A DNA stretch of 64,000 bases from Gracilinanus agilis (Eukaryota), in assembly GCF_016433145.1 (NCBI RefSeq), contig NC_058133.1:164078470-164142469 (forward strand), given 5' to 3'. A program made the translations under genes and the position numbers. How positions within the stretch are numbered: the first letter of the stretch is position 1; each line of letters begins with the position of its first letter. Below, piece by piece: positions 24,920 through 38,203 of this stretch. Under the pieces are notes generated by a model, which saw nothing but the letters and a program-made list of their open reading frames with translations, ran no database searches and was not told where the DNA came from.

Positions 24920-26830
24920 CTGATCTAGCAATGTAAACAGTTAAAGTTTGCTGACATCTTTATGAATTCCCTTTCCTGTTTACTATTTTATACATTTCTT
25001 GTCTTGTATTTGAAAGACAAATTTCCTATTCCTTTTCATCCATAATGCTTGAAAGTTTTCCATTTTATTAAATATCCATTTTTTTCTCCTAAAGGATTAT
25101 ACTCAGTTTTGATGGATAAATAATTTTTGCTTGTAAAATCTTAACTCCTGTGCCCTTTGGAAAATAATATTCTGGGCCTTCTAATCCTTTAAAGTGAAGT
25201 TGATGAATCTTGTGTGATCCTGACTGTGGCTCCTTGGTATTTGAACTGTTTCTTTTTGGCTACTTAAATTATTTTCTCCTTGACCTGGGAGCTCTGAAAT
25301 TTGGCTATAATACTCCTGAGAGTTATCATATTGAGATCTCTTTCAGGAGGTGATCAGTGAGGGGATTCTTTCCATTTCTATTTTACTTTTTAGGATTTCA
25401 ACAGTTTTCCTTAATAATTCTTTGGAAAATGATGTTTAGACTTTTTTTTTAATCATGGCTTTCAGGTAGTTCAATAATTCTTAAATTCTCTCTCGATTGA
25501 TTTTCCAAGTCAGGTGTTTTTCCATTGAGATATTTCATGTTTTTTCCTATTTTTTCATTCTTTTGATTGTGTTTTATTTTTTTCTTGATCTCTCATGAAG
25601 TCATTAGTTTTCATTTGCCTAATTCTAATTTTTACAGAATTGTTTTCTTTAGTGAAATTTTGGACTTCCTTTTCCATTTGGCTGATTTTTCTTTTTAAAA
25701 ATTGTTCTCATCAGTGGATTCTTGTGCCTCTTTTACCATTTGACCTATTTTGTTTTATGAGGTATTATTTTCTTAAGTATTTTTTGTGCATCCTTTACTT
25801 AGCTGTTGACTTTTTGCATGATTTTCTTGCATTGCCTTCATTTCTTTTCCTGATTACTCCTATACTTCTTTTATTTGATTTATAAAATAATTTTTTAGTT
25901 CTTCCAGGAATTCTTTTGGGGCCTAAGACCAATTCAAAATTTTTCCATGAAGCTATCTTCACATTGCTATCTTCTTCTAAGTTTGTGTTTTGCTTTTCTC
26001 TCTCTCCATAGCAACTTATATGATTAGGTTCTTTTTTGGTATTTGCTTATTTTTTCAATGTATTTTTCCTGACTTTTAGTTTTATGTTAAAATTTGGCTC
26101 TTCTCCCAAGTGAAGGGGTCACTGTCCCAATTTTCAAGTTCTAAGGGTCTATAACTTTTCAATTCTTTCAAGGTGGTAAAATCTAAATAGAAGTCACTCT
26201 TCTCCTCATCTGTGCTCTGGTATGTCAGTGACCACAAGCACATTTTTATGCCCTAGACTGTGGCCAGGCTCTCTAATCCCCTCCCTTACCCCTGTTTTAT
26301 TGTACTAGTTCTCCTCCTTGCCCTGGGACTGAAACCCAGAACTGAGTTTAGACAATTCAACAGAATCCTACATCCAATGCCAGGTACTCTATAATCTCTT
26401 TCTGGCCAGTTTTCTAGCCCCTTAGCCTCTGTAGGTTTGAGCTCTGGAAACTGCTGTTCCCTGATTCAGTTGACCCCAAGGCCCACTACTGGTTATATGC
26501 ACTGGATTTCAGGGCCTCAGTGTTGGCTTGTGCTTGGGATTGGAGCATTGCTGTTGGTTTGCTGGGGAGCAGGGCCTATTCTTTACTGTGCTCCACTTTC
26601 ACCACAGTGAGACATTCCTTTCCTGATAATGTTCAAAGTTGTCTTTGGCTGGAAAATTGTTTCATGACTTTCTTTTGTTAGTTGTGCCACTCCAGAATTC
26701 ATTTTGAGGCATTATTTTAAAAGTGTTTGAAGTGGAATTTGGGAGAGCTCAGACAAGTTCATGCCTTTACTCTGCCATCTTGTCTCCACCTTTCTATGTA
26801 CTTTTAAGTTTAATTTGCATTATTAACACA
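24920..26830 (-). mobile_element. Old L1 5'UTR/ORF1 region, antisense
   Basis: T-rich degenerate text typical of antisense L1 ORF1 (tgtgatcctgactgtggctccttggtatttgaactg; ttcaggtagttcaataattcttaaattctctctc). Confidence 0.75.
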
Positions 26831-28077
26831 TCTCTTTCCCTTAGGCAATTAAAAAACAATCCAGTCCTGATTTTTGTTGTGCAAATGCTCACACTGGAAA
26901 CTTAATAATCAGCTTTTATGAGCAGTATGAGATACTTCAAGTCTACCACTGCCTTTGGCCATCTGGTGAAGCCTAGAGACTCTTTTTCAGAAGAAAGTTT
27001 TAAAATTTGAAAGAAATGTTAAGTTTTAGTTAAAGGTTAGTAAAAATAAAGATATAATTTGACATCCATCCATAAACTCCTTAGATGATCTTGGATCTAA
27101 GGTTAACCCTGCTCTTCATTGTTTAACATTCTAAAGGTACTAGTGAATAATTTAGTTATATATTTTTAATCATTTATTCTCATCAGATTACTGGACCACT
27201 TCCCTTTTACTGTTAATCACTTCTTTGAATATATCTCAAATTCCACTCCTTTTGCACAAGCTACAATTGATCAAAAATCTTTTTAAAATATAAAACTTTA
27301 TACAAATGCAAATTATTAGTATTCATTATGAAGGAAAATGAATTTATTACCAAATTGTCATTTAAAGCTAGTCTGTACTAGAAAATTATCAAAATAATTT
27401 TAATCTCACAAGATGGTCCCAAATGATGCAGATTAAACTAGATAGCTGAGCCTAGTCCTAGAGTCACACTCAAAATTGACCCCTCCAGATAGCCCAGAAC
27501 CTGGAAATGATAGAATAAGGAGAATTAGCATGATATAAATGAATAAAAACTGGACTAGGAATTAGGATATCTGAACTGGATTCCTAAATTGACTATAAAC
27601 AAGTTTTGTGACTTAGGGTAACAATCAAGCTTTCACCTCTTCTAGGCCTCAGTTTTCTCTTCTACAAAAATGAAAGTTTGAATGTATTACGTGGAAGCAT
27701 CTCTTCCAACTTTCTTGTAATAATCTCTAAGTCTCCAGATACTGGGCAGAACCCTGGACTTTAGGGAGGGACCACAGTGGCACAAATTCTCACCTTTTGC
27801 CCCCAAGAAGTATTGAGAGTGAACTATAAAAGAGTAGAACAGAGATTCTACAATGCAAAATTAAAGAAGAGAGTTTAAGAATTTAGTGTTATGTTTAGTT
27901 CATTTTATTTTTGTCTAGAGAACAAAATTCATTTCTAAGCTGATTTCATCCTCACATTTAAAGAGGATCCACTGCTCAAAGTATCTTCATTCATTTAATA
28001 ACTGCCTATTGAGACAGTCCAATGAATTCAATTTGATTTCTTTGATAACTTGTCTTCCAATGACTTATTCCAATGAA

Positions 28078-29040
28078 TTAAGCAAGAGGTGTAGTCCCGA
28101 CAAGTTTAGGACATAAGTTTTGGCCCATTGCTCGCCAAAGAGCTGTTTTGAACTCTTTGTTTCTCAAACTGTAAATCATAGGATTGAATAATGGAGTTAG
28201 AATGGTATAGGACACAGATATCAGAGCATCTTGACTCGAAGTATAGTTGGTCTTGGGCCTCAAATAGATAAAGGAGGCACAGCCATAGTGGACAGTGACA
28301 ACAATAAGATGTGAGGCACAGGTAGAGAAGGCTTTGTACCTTCCCACAGTGGAGGGAATTTTTAGGATGGCAGAGATGATATAGATATAGGAGATCAGGA
28401 TTAAAAGCAGAGGGATGACTAGGACCAACACACTAAGCAAAAAAATAATCATCTGACTAAGACTAGTATGGTGGGAAGCCAGCTTGAGAACAGGGGAGAT
28501 ATCACAGAAGAAGTGATGGAGTTGGTTAGAGGAATGGAAGGGCAAGTGAAACACCAAAGTAGTGATGATCAAAGCAACAGTAAATCCACAGAGACAGGCT
28601 GCAGCTACCAATCCCAGACAGGTCCTGTGGCTCATCAACACTGTGTAGCGAAGTGGGTTACAGATGGCCACATAGCGGTCATAGCCCATGGCTGCTAGCA
28701 GAAAGGAGTGAGAACAGCCAAGAAAGAGGAAGGTGAGCATCTGAACAACACAACCCCAAAAGGAGATGGTCTTCTTCTGGGATAGGAGATCTACCAGCAT
28801 CTTGGGCACAATGACAAAGGTGTAACAGGTCTCAAAACAAGATAATATTCCAAGAAAGAAATACATTGGTGTATGGAGGGCTCTCTCCAGCAGGATGGTG
28901 GATAGGATCACAGCATTTGTACCCAGAGTGAACAAGTAGAGGAGAAGAAACAACACAAACAGCAGTTGCTGAAACCCGGCCAGTGATGAAAAGCCAAGAA
29001 AGACAAATTCACTCACTGCTGTCTCATTGGTCCTCTCCAT
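28078..29040 (-). CDS. Second OR10K-subfamily olfactory receptor (OR10K1/OR10K2-like paralog), intact, 320 aa
   Basis: Intact ORF with all OR motifs. Closely similar to 20471-21412 and nearly identical in protein from TM6 onward. It ends in a short C-terminal extension (KLVGTTPLA) where the other copy ends KH. Confidence 0.9.
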   Translation of the reverse strand: MERTNETAVSEFVFLGFSSLAGFQQLLFVLFLLLYLFTLGTNAVILSTILLERALHTPMYFFLGILSCFETCYTFVIVPKMLVDLLSQKKTISFWGCVVQMLTFLFLGCSHSFLLAAMGYDRYVAICNPLRYTVLMSHRTCLGLVAAACLCGFTVALIITTLVFHLPFHSSNQLHHFFCDISPVLKLASHHTSLSQMIIFLLSVLVLVIPLLLILISYIYIISAILKIPSTVGRYKAFSTCASHLIVVTVHYGCASFIYLRPKTNYTSSQDALISVSYTILTPLFNPMIYSLRNKEFKTALWRAMGQNLCPKLVGTTPLA

Positions 29041-29299
29041 TAAGGAAAGATCTTCAAGGTGAATAAAGGAAAAAACAGACCATCGAAGGGTTAGAGACTT
29101 AATTTATCCCCAGAAAACAATCCAAAATATTGAGCTTCTCCTCCCCTCTTTAATATTCTGTTCACGAAACTGGGAAAGAGCCTAAAGATGAACATTTTTT
29201 CTCACCAGCTGTTTAACCTTTGCTGTTTCCTTGACTTCTCATTCACTTCATCCCTTGTTCCTGTGACTAATTAATTCTTTCTCATTTGCATTTGTCTCC

Positions 29300-30030
29300 T
29301 ATATGTTTCCTCCTCACAAGATCCTGATTCACCACTCATACACTCTACCTATTGGTATTCTTTCTGTTTATATCATAATCTTCAAGCTCCCACAACTACT
29401 TCTCAGCTCTGTTTTAAAAGCCCACTGCTCTCATTCTCTCCTTCTACATCCTATGGTTTTTATATCATCTTTAATCTTATATAAATTTATTCTGCTTCAT
29501 CCTTCAGTCATTTGTCCATTCATTCTTTCAGTTACTATATGCAGAACACAGTGCTGGATATTTCTGAGGGCTATAAAAATAATGTCCTTGGTCTCAATGA
29601 CTTGGTGATCCAAACTAGATTATGCATTTCATCCTTGTGTAATTCTCTTCCATCACCTTGAAATTATTCCCATTAAACCCAACCCTGGAATGAACTTCAC
29701 TACCCACTTTTTTCTATCTATTGAGGTCTCTTCCCTAACAGTCTAATTCACTTATTATCATCTCTTCTATTACCCACATCCCAACATATCTAGGTGAAAA
29801 TGGTCTCTTCTGTGAATATTTCATAGCATTTACCTCAATATCTCCTATGCTCTTAATTTACTCTCCTTTATGTCAGTTATTTATACATATCTCTTCCCTT
29901 ATTGGATGGATTTTAACTCCTTGAGAACTAGGTTTGTGTTCTAGATATATTTGTAAATCCCAGCACCTGCCAAGGTGTTTTGTAAACAGTAGGCATTTAT
30001 TTAGTAAGTATTTATTAACTATTTTGTTGA
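29300..30030 (+). mobile_element. L2 fragments upstream of the second OR10K gene
   Basis: Pyrimidine-rich L2 text ending in the L2 3' terminus (aactccttgagaactagg...cccagcacctgcc...gtaggcattt). Confidence 0.6.
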
Positions 30031-30058
30031 ATGAATCCTGCCATTCTAGTGATCTGTT

Positions 30059-30183
30059 CTGGTTTCATTAGACTGTGAGAAAAATCTTTCTTCCTCCTTA
30101 AGCTTTTCCCACCTCTTCAACTGGTTTCATTAGACTGTGAGAAAATCTTTCTTCCTCCTTAAGCTTTTCCCACCTCTTCAACT
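30059..30183. repeat. Near-perfect tandem duplication with a 62/61-bp unit
   Basis: Units 30059-30120 and 30121-30181 differ by one A in an A-run. Confidence 0.97.
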
Positions 30184-30189
30184 CTTCTT

Positions 30190-30389
30190 TTTTTTAAAAC
30201 CTTTACCTCCTATCTAAGAACCTATACTGAGAATTAATTCCAAGGCAGAAGACCAGTAAGGTTAGGCAATTGGGGTTAAGTTCCTTCCCCAGGATCACAC
30301 AGCTAAGAAGTATCTGAGGCCAAATTTGAACTCAAGATCTCCTGTCTCCAGGCCTGGCTCTCTATCCACTGAGCCACCTACCTGCCCCC
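30190..30389 (-). mobile_element. Marsupial SINE
   Basis: Reverse-oriented SINE ending cctgcccc, with a poly-T start. Confidence 0.8.
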
Positions 30390-30614
30390 AAATGATTTAC
30401 TGAACTCAGTAAAAGAAGAACCTACACTAGTGAAATTATAGAATTGTAGATTAGAACTAGAAGAGACCTCTGAGACTACGTAGTTCAAAACACTTCATTT
30501 TACAGATAAGAAAAAGAGTTCTATTGAAGTTAAGTTACTTGCCTACAGGACTTGAATCTAGATACTCTGACTCTAAAGCTAGTGATTTTTCTATTAGGTT
30601 ATGTTATATCTTGT

Positions 30615-30803
30615 TTTAACCCTTTCCTTCTGTCTTGGAATTGATACTAAATATTAGTTCCAAGACAAAAAAGCAATAAGGGCTAGGCAATTTGGGGTTA
30701 AGTGACTTGCCCAAGGTCACACAACTAGAAATTGTATGTATTTAAACCCAGGATCTCCTGTCTCCAGGTCTGGCTCTCAATCCACTGAGCCACCTAGTTG
30801 CTT
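30615..30803 (-). mobile_element. Marsupial SINE
   Basis: Reverse-oriented SINE family text. Confidence 0.75.
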
Positions 30804-31246
30804 CTACTGTGCTGTATATTAGTGGATTCTTCAAGTGGTTTGTTATTGTCTTTCCTGTTAGGCTTCAAGATTGTCAACTAGGATTATGTCTTACACTTTC
30901 CTTATATAAGGTGTCTTGTACTTATATCACCACCTTGCTTAACAAACTCCAGTAGCTCCCTCTTATCCCCAGGTTGTTTATCATGTAAAGAGCTTCATAT
31001 AATGGTCTCTTCCTATCTATCCAATATTCTTGCACTTTACTGAACCCAATGATAAATCAACATGAGAGTCCATCTTCAAACCCTGTGCTTTTGTACTGGC
31101 TGTATTCCCGTGACTGAAATATTTTGACTCTTATTACTTTTAACTTCTCTGGCTTCCTTCAAGACTCAGCTCTGACCCCATCTCCTACAGATAGGACCAC
31201 TTTTTCCCAGTTGGTCTGCTCCACACAAATAGCTCCTTGGCTGGAA

Positions 31247-31301
31247 AGGAAGGAAGGAAGGAAGGAAGGAAGGAAGGAAGGAAGGAAGGAAGGAAGGAAG
31301 G
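31247..31301. repeat. (GGAA)n microsatellite
   Basis: Directly visible. Confidence 0.98.
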
Positions 31302-34074
31302 AGACAGTTAATATTTAAAAGATCAAGTTTCAAATCTCTGTTTTAATCTTTACTATCAGTTTAAATTTGACAACTCATTACTGCACAATTCCTCATCTAG
31401 GAAATGAACTAGATGATTCATAAGCTCTTTTCCATTTCTAAATCCTAGAATCATGTGGAATACTAATGCTTGCCCTGGCAAGTACAGTTAAGAGTGTTAA
31501 GAATAACAAACAGATTCAAAAGATGAAGTCCTGCCTCAGATATTTACAATATGTACCTGAATACTTTAACTAACTTCTGTAAGCCTTCATCTCCTCATCT
31601 GAAAAATGGAAATAAAATTCTAATGCTTATTAGCAACAGTACAGAGTTGTAGCCAGGAAAATGTTTTATAAACCTTGCAGATGTGTGCAAATATGAGCTC
31701 TTATTTACCAGGAGATACATTGGTTCCAGTTTAATGTAAATAGGCAGCAAGAATGCAAATAACATGAGTACTTTAGGGTAATTTATTATTCACATTAATT
31801 GTGACCTAGCTGTATCTCTTCTACATATATAATAAGGATATTATGGAGCCTTTTCTGGGAATTTCTGGCAGAGGATGTAGTGATATTTCACCATTTTCTT
31901 TCAGTTTTTCTGGAATCTTATTTTTTGTTTGCTGTCCCTCTTCCTGTGATTCCTTGGAAATCTGTAAAATAATGGGTAAAAAACTATAACTATCTGAATG
32001 ACACACACACAAAAAAGATACATTTATTTAGTATAGTGACTGCTGTAGATATGACCTCTGAGCTATCACCTAAAAAGAGGTAGAAAAGTCATAAAAGTCA
32101 AATCATCTTCAGGCCAATCCATCAATTAGAAACTGAATTCAATAGCACCTTTCTATAGCCAGCCTACTAAGGAAGGATTAAGAGATAGGAAGAGTTTATA
32201 TCTAAGCCTAGTTCCAGCCCTCATTACCCCAAACTAGCAAGAAATGTGTTGAGTGAAGTAATAAAAATAGCAAGAATTGAAAAAAGTAGACATTTTCCCC
32301 AAGGTTATTCCCATTAGGGGTGAGATGAGGATGAGGAACCATAAGTGTATATTATTGGCCCATCACATCCGGTTTTAATTCAACATCCACTGCTCCTTGC
32401 CTGCCTCCCCAGATCTACTTACAGAATGTCAAATGGCTGCTATGGCATGTCTCTCCTTTAATCTCCTTTAATGTCTCCTTTAATCAGTGACTTAGACGAA
32501 CATCTCCCCACCCCACACACACATACACATACCATGAAAAGATTATTTAACTCACTCAGCTCCAGTGCTCCGAAGAAGAGAAAGTGGAGCCTATGAATGG
32601 AAGATAACTTGAAGTGTGATGTTTTATCCAACGTAGTGAAGAACAGAAGAAAGAAGTCTTCCAGAAATAAAGTCAAATGAGAGTTTGAAGATAGGTCCAC
32701 CAATAGTAGACACTCTTATTACCCTTTGGAGACTCCCTTCAGCAGTGATGCAATAGCACCACGTCATTCCTTAACAGACGATGTGATTGATGTGAGCAAA
32801 CTTTTAGTAATCTGGAAAGAAGACAAGACTGCAACCATGGATAAGAGATAAATCCAAAAGAATAATGTTTGATCCAGCACTCTGGAAAAGAAAAAGAAAT
32901 GGTACCCAACAAGGAGATAGCAAGAGAAGTAGCTTAAAAGACCAGCCCTAAGACAAACAGCCAAATTTCAACCAATAAAATACAAAAAAGCAAAAAACAA
33001 AAAAACAAGAAGTTAAGTAAGACAATGAAGCATTATTTCAGGCAATATGACCAAGTGAAAAAGACACAACTAAGCCCAGCTCCTATCTTTTATTTTAAAG
33101 AAGTGCCAAATCGAATAAAGGAATAATAACAAATATAAAAATAGAGGCTATGAAAGGTTATCACAAAGAGAGCATCATTGACAAATAAGAAAATACAGTG
33201 AAATGAGCAAATGATCTGGAAAGGGGCACAATACAACAAGTAAATGCTACAGAAAGAAGTAAAACTATTTGAAAATCCCCTACCAGGGCAATAAATTATA
33301 GGGGACCCACAAAAGTATAATGGAATAACTGCAAAAAAACTCTAGAATAGATCAAAAGACCAATTTAAAAATTAAAAGTATGAATAAGATGGAAATCAAG
33401 ATCAGAATCAGAACTCTCCAAAAACTTTTTTAAATCAAGAGTATAAGTATTTGGAAAATGTGACAAAATCATTTCCAATGGAGAATTAAAGAGGATTAGA
33501 AGATAAGAAGCTTGAAAATGTAGAAATAAAAAGAAATAGGCAGAAAAAACTTTTAGGAATTCAGCTTTGGAAGAACTAATGACATTTTTTCAAGTTAGGC
33601 TTTTTGACTTGGATGACAAAATTCAGAGTTTAAGAATCGTAAGTCTCCCAGAAAAACATGATGAAAAAATAAATCTGGGAATAATTCTAAGAATAACATT
33701 CATCTCCCTAGGAAAAAAAAAAGGAAAGAAAGAAAAAAAATTTTTGAAACAGAGTGGTTACTGCAATTCAATTAACTAATCCATGAGACACTAAAAAAGG
33801 ATAACCCAAAATTTAACTCATCAAGAAATATAGCAGGAAAATGTATGAGCATAAATATCAATCAACACATCTTTCAGGTATCCAAAATAGACTCCTCCAG
33901 GTTTTAGAAAATCAGTATAAATCTTTCAAGTTAGTTCCTTATTAACAAGAAATCAAGGAGATAAATGGAATATGATGTTCTTAAAAGGAAAAATCAATTT
34001 GCACTACTAGTAAATAAAATCTGCAAAACTGCACATAATCATCATTGAAAAATAAGCAAAATCAATTTACTTGT

Positions 34075-34680
34075 GATGGTGATGGAATATTTTGCTATAA
34101 GAAATGATAAACCAGATAATTTCCTTAAGAACAGGAAAGACCTACACGAACTGATGCAGAGTGAAATAAGCAGAACCAGGAGAACATTTTGCCCAGTAAG
34201 TGAAATATTGTGGGATGATCAAATGTGACCAACTTTGATACTAACAGCAATACAATGATCCAGGACAATTCTGAGGGACTTATGAGAAGAATGCTATCCA
34301 CCTCCAGAGAAAGAATTGTTGGAGTAGAAATGAAAAAGAAAACATGATTATCACTTATTTATCTGGGTATAAGATTTGAGATTTTGGTCTTATAAGATTA
34401 CTCTCTTACAAAAATGAATAATATGAAAACAGGTTTTGAGTGATAATACATGTGTAAGCTAGTGGAATTGTTTATTGATTCTGGGAGTGGGGGATGAAAG
34501 AGAGGATAGAGACAACATGCATCATGTAACCTTGGAAAACATGTAAATTTGTTACAGGAAATAAGATGAAGAAAAAATAAAATCACTTGCCTTTTCAAGG
34601 AGGGGAAAGGTCATGAGGGAAGGGAGTAAATTTGGAAATGAAAAAAAATTTAATGAGTATTAAAAATTTATATGGAATTG
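34075..34680 (+). mobile_element. Younger L1 3' end nested in the ancient L1
   Basis: gaactgatgcagagtgaaataagcagaaccaggagaac...gacaattctgagggacttatg, as at 16420-16560 and 47830-47960. Confidence 0.85.
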
Positions 34681-37320
34681 AGAAATATTTCATGAAATAA
34701 ATATAAAATATTTAAAAAATAAAAAAGATAAACTTTCAACAAAGAGGAATAGTTTAAACATTTCCCCCAAAAGAAACTAGTGATAAGCAGGAAATTTGGT
34801 ACGTAGCATATCAATCAAAATAAGCACAAGGAAGGTATATGAGCATAATCGGGAGGGAGCAAAAAAAGTAAAACAATGAAATCATTCCTGTAATGATTCC
34901 AATACTAAACAAACATTGTTTAAAACATCACTTAGAGGTCATTGAAATAACAAAAAGAAACCTTTTCCAGGGGGAAAAAATCTAAAGGACAAAGCATCTT
35001 ACGGGGTTAAAAGAATCAGGAGGAAGGAGAGAAAAAGAATTAAATTATTAAGTATTAGATTAAAAATCAAATTCTCTTATAAGAGAATTAATTACTGGAG
35101 ATGTGAGAAAGTACAAAGGAAAATTGCTTGTGTGGGAAGCGAGGGAGGAAAAGGCAGAATTCAGATATGAACTCCTACCTGAGGCAAAAAGGATTGTTCA
35201 TTTTTTAGTCTCATTTTTCTGGAGGGGAAAATTTGTCTTAGAAGAACAGGTAAATAGTACTGGAGATAGAACATAGATCTAGGATAGGGAAGAAGAATAA
35301 ATGCTGTCTATGGAGGGAGTCTGCACCTGGGTCTTCATGACATATTTCCCTAGGCATGTGAAAGGGGCCATAAAATTATTTGATTCGCAGAAGGAACAAC
35401 TGTTGAAAACCCATATGTCTGGTCAGGCATTATAGCTCTCAGGATCAGTTACCATCCCAAGGTTTGAAATATCTGGACTCCCAGGAGCATTTGGTGTAAA
35501 AAACAGGTGAAAAGGGGAACAAGAGTCCAAAGATCTGATCAACTTGCATAAAAATGGGAAAATGAAGAATGAAAAGGCAAAAGGTAGGACTGAGTCCTTC
35601 AAATAGAATATAGAGTGCCTTCTACCACCCTTCTACACCCCATACTACCTTCTTTATGAATAAATATTTCTGGGATTAAGGCTGCTTAGAGAAAATTCTT
35701 CATAAAAATATTTTTAAGGAAATTATAGTAGGGAAAAGATTGGGACATACACTAGTACAGCATACATGGTGGGAAGCAGATGTGGAAAGTCCTTTGCCTT
35801 CCAAAAACTCTACTTTATATGAAGATTACACAAAGAAAGCAAAGAAAGAACATGTAGCACAAAGCTCATTACTGGGATTTACATCTAGAAAGGGAATGAA
35901 TCTAATTGCTACTTTTGGGGAAATGGAGCAGCAAAGGAATATTGTTCTAAGACTGCCTATGGGGGTAGGGAAAGGAGAAAAGATTTCTCAACAATGTCTT
36001 TGTTCAGAAACTAAAAGACTAAAGATGGGAAGAGAAAGGAAAATGGAGGGGGAGGAGGTAACTGTATGATAAACCCAAAGAGCCCAACTTTTGGGACAAA
36101 AACCATAGCCATGAGAGGTTTAATTTGAACTATGAACATCTGGCTCAAAATCCAGTGTTCTTTCTGTTGCAACATGCTGCTTTGATATGCTTATTTCAGA
36201 GCAGGATGGCCAATGGAATTTTTTTAAAAAGAAGGAAAACATAAAGCTGAATATAGAGTTGTATTTTTTTTTATTTCAAAGACCCAAGAGACTTCTGAGT
36301 GCAAATATCAAAGAAAATACTTATTTCTGGTCCTCTAGCATATTTATTGAAATTAACGATGTATTCTTATATCATTAATATGGTATAAAGTTTAATAAAG
36401 AAGTCATGAAAAATATGAAAGGGCATAAATAAATATTCATTACAACATTTGTAGACCATAAAATGTTTAGAATAATTAGTGGGGGGAGGGGTGGTAAAGA
36501 ACAGAAGGTATATATTTGAATAGAGTCTAAGAGGCATCCTTTTCATGAATAGGTCCAAGAAAAAAAAATCATAAAAAATAAATAACTTGGCTAGAGAGAA
36601 CAAGAACAAAGAAACAAAATGTCAAATTTTGGAGAATTCAGGTAAAGTATAACTCAGAAAGAAAATTATGTCACTGAAATTATTCACTTAACAAAATGAA
36701 AAATGAACTAAGCACAAAATTAAAGGAACTAGAAAAGTACACTTTTAAAAATAAAACTAAAACTTGTTTCAATAACAAAAAAGAACAAAATGACAAATTT
36801 TGAAAAATTCATAATGAAATCAAGACTGATTAGCAAGACAAAAACTTGATTTTTAAAGACTAAAAAACTAAGTTAGAAGCTAACTTGATTTTTTCAAAAC
36901 ATAAGGGAATTATCAAATTAAATTAATTAATAATAAATGATAATAAAATACTATGAAATATAATAAAATAATTTAAAGATTAATTATCAGATTTAAAAGA
37001 ACAATAAAATGAATAATAAAGTAACTAATTATCAGAAACCTTCAAATATGCTAGCAAAATTGAGAATTTTAAGAAAATGAGATATCAGCTATAAAAATCT
37101 AATATATCCAAATTAATAAAATAAGAAATATTTAAATGAATAAATTGCCCTAAAAGATACTTATCATGCCATATGTGGACTAACAAAAGAATAAAATCCC
37201 TATTCTGGATGGATTTTCTAGTAAATTATATCAGAGTTTAAAATGCAATATCTATACTACTATAATTTTTCTCAACAAGAGGAGGGGGGAAAAAAGCAAA
37301 ATATTAAATTCCTTTTATGT

Positions 37321-38150
37321 TCCCCTGCAGGTCAGCAATAAATTGTTCATGCACAGAGAAATGCTCTAGCTTGTTCTCCTGAAAGTCAATTTGCCTTAGG
37401 CCTTTGGGGAGTTTTTTTGGTTGAATTCCAATATTTGGCTTGAAGAAGATAAATTTTTGATTGGTTTAGCACTCTGTATCACACATCATCTTTGTCATTG
37501 CCACATCCTGCCTGTCTTTTCTCCTGACAATGATGTAGCCTATTAAATGCCAGGCAGAAGACAACACTGGTAATGAGAATGAGATGCACAAGTCCTCAGT
37601 AGTCAGTGACCATCATTATTGCTATTGCTTACTCCATTCCTCCCATGGATTCCCTGCTATGTCTGCTAATCTGTGCTATTCTGGTGTTAAAATCACCCAG
37701 AATTATAAGCTTGTCCTCTTTTGGCACATTAAAGTTTAGGGTCTCCAAGTCTTCATAGAATTTTTCTTTGACTTCATCAAGTTCATCATGGTGTGGCCCT
37801 ACACACCGATGAGAGCAGAATGGTCTTTTCCTGCAAATGGCAATTTTAATGTCATGAGTCTATCATTCATTCCTTTTGGAAGCAGAGAATCTAATTAACT
37901 AGATTGGATCTGATTTTAAAACTGTGTCTGCTTTATGGTGCTCTTCACCATGGTGGCCATTCCAAAAAAATGTATCTAACTCCAGTTTCTGTAAACTGAC
38001 CTTTATTTGCCAGCCTTGTTTCACTAAGAGCTATTGGATGTAGTACCTGCTGAATTCTCTGTTTTTTCTCTTGGGTCTATTGAATTTCATATTGTCCATA
38101 AGCTTGCACACATTCCATGTACCAGTGTTAAGCAGAATCACCTGAAAATT
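37321..38150 (-). mobile_element. RTE-clade LINE fragment (AP endonuclease region)
   Basis: The reverse strand gives decayed RTE endonuclease-like text (tggaatgtgtgcaagctt at the N-terminal TWNV motif; attctgggtgattttaacacc for the ILGDFN motif). Composition differs sharply from the flanking A-rich L1. Confidence 0.8.
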
Positions 38151-38157
38151 TTGTCTT

Positions 38158-38203
38158 TTTATATTTTAAGCACAAGGTAAGACCCTTGTGCTTAAAATAT
38201 AAA
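38158..38203. repeat. Perfect 20-bp inverted repeat with a 6-nt spacer
   Basis: tttatattttaagcacaagg-taagac-ccttgtgcttaaaatataaa. Confidence 0.97.

Noticed and set aside
30059-30183. Direct repeats as a CRISPR-like array
   Set aside because: Two adjacent units without spacers in a mammalian genome. This is a simple tandem duplication.
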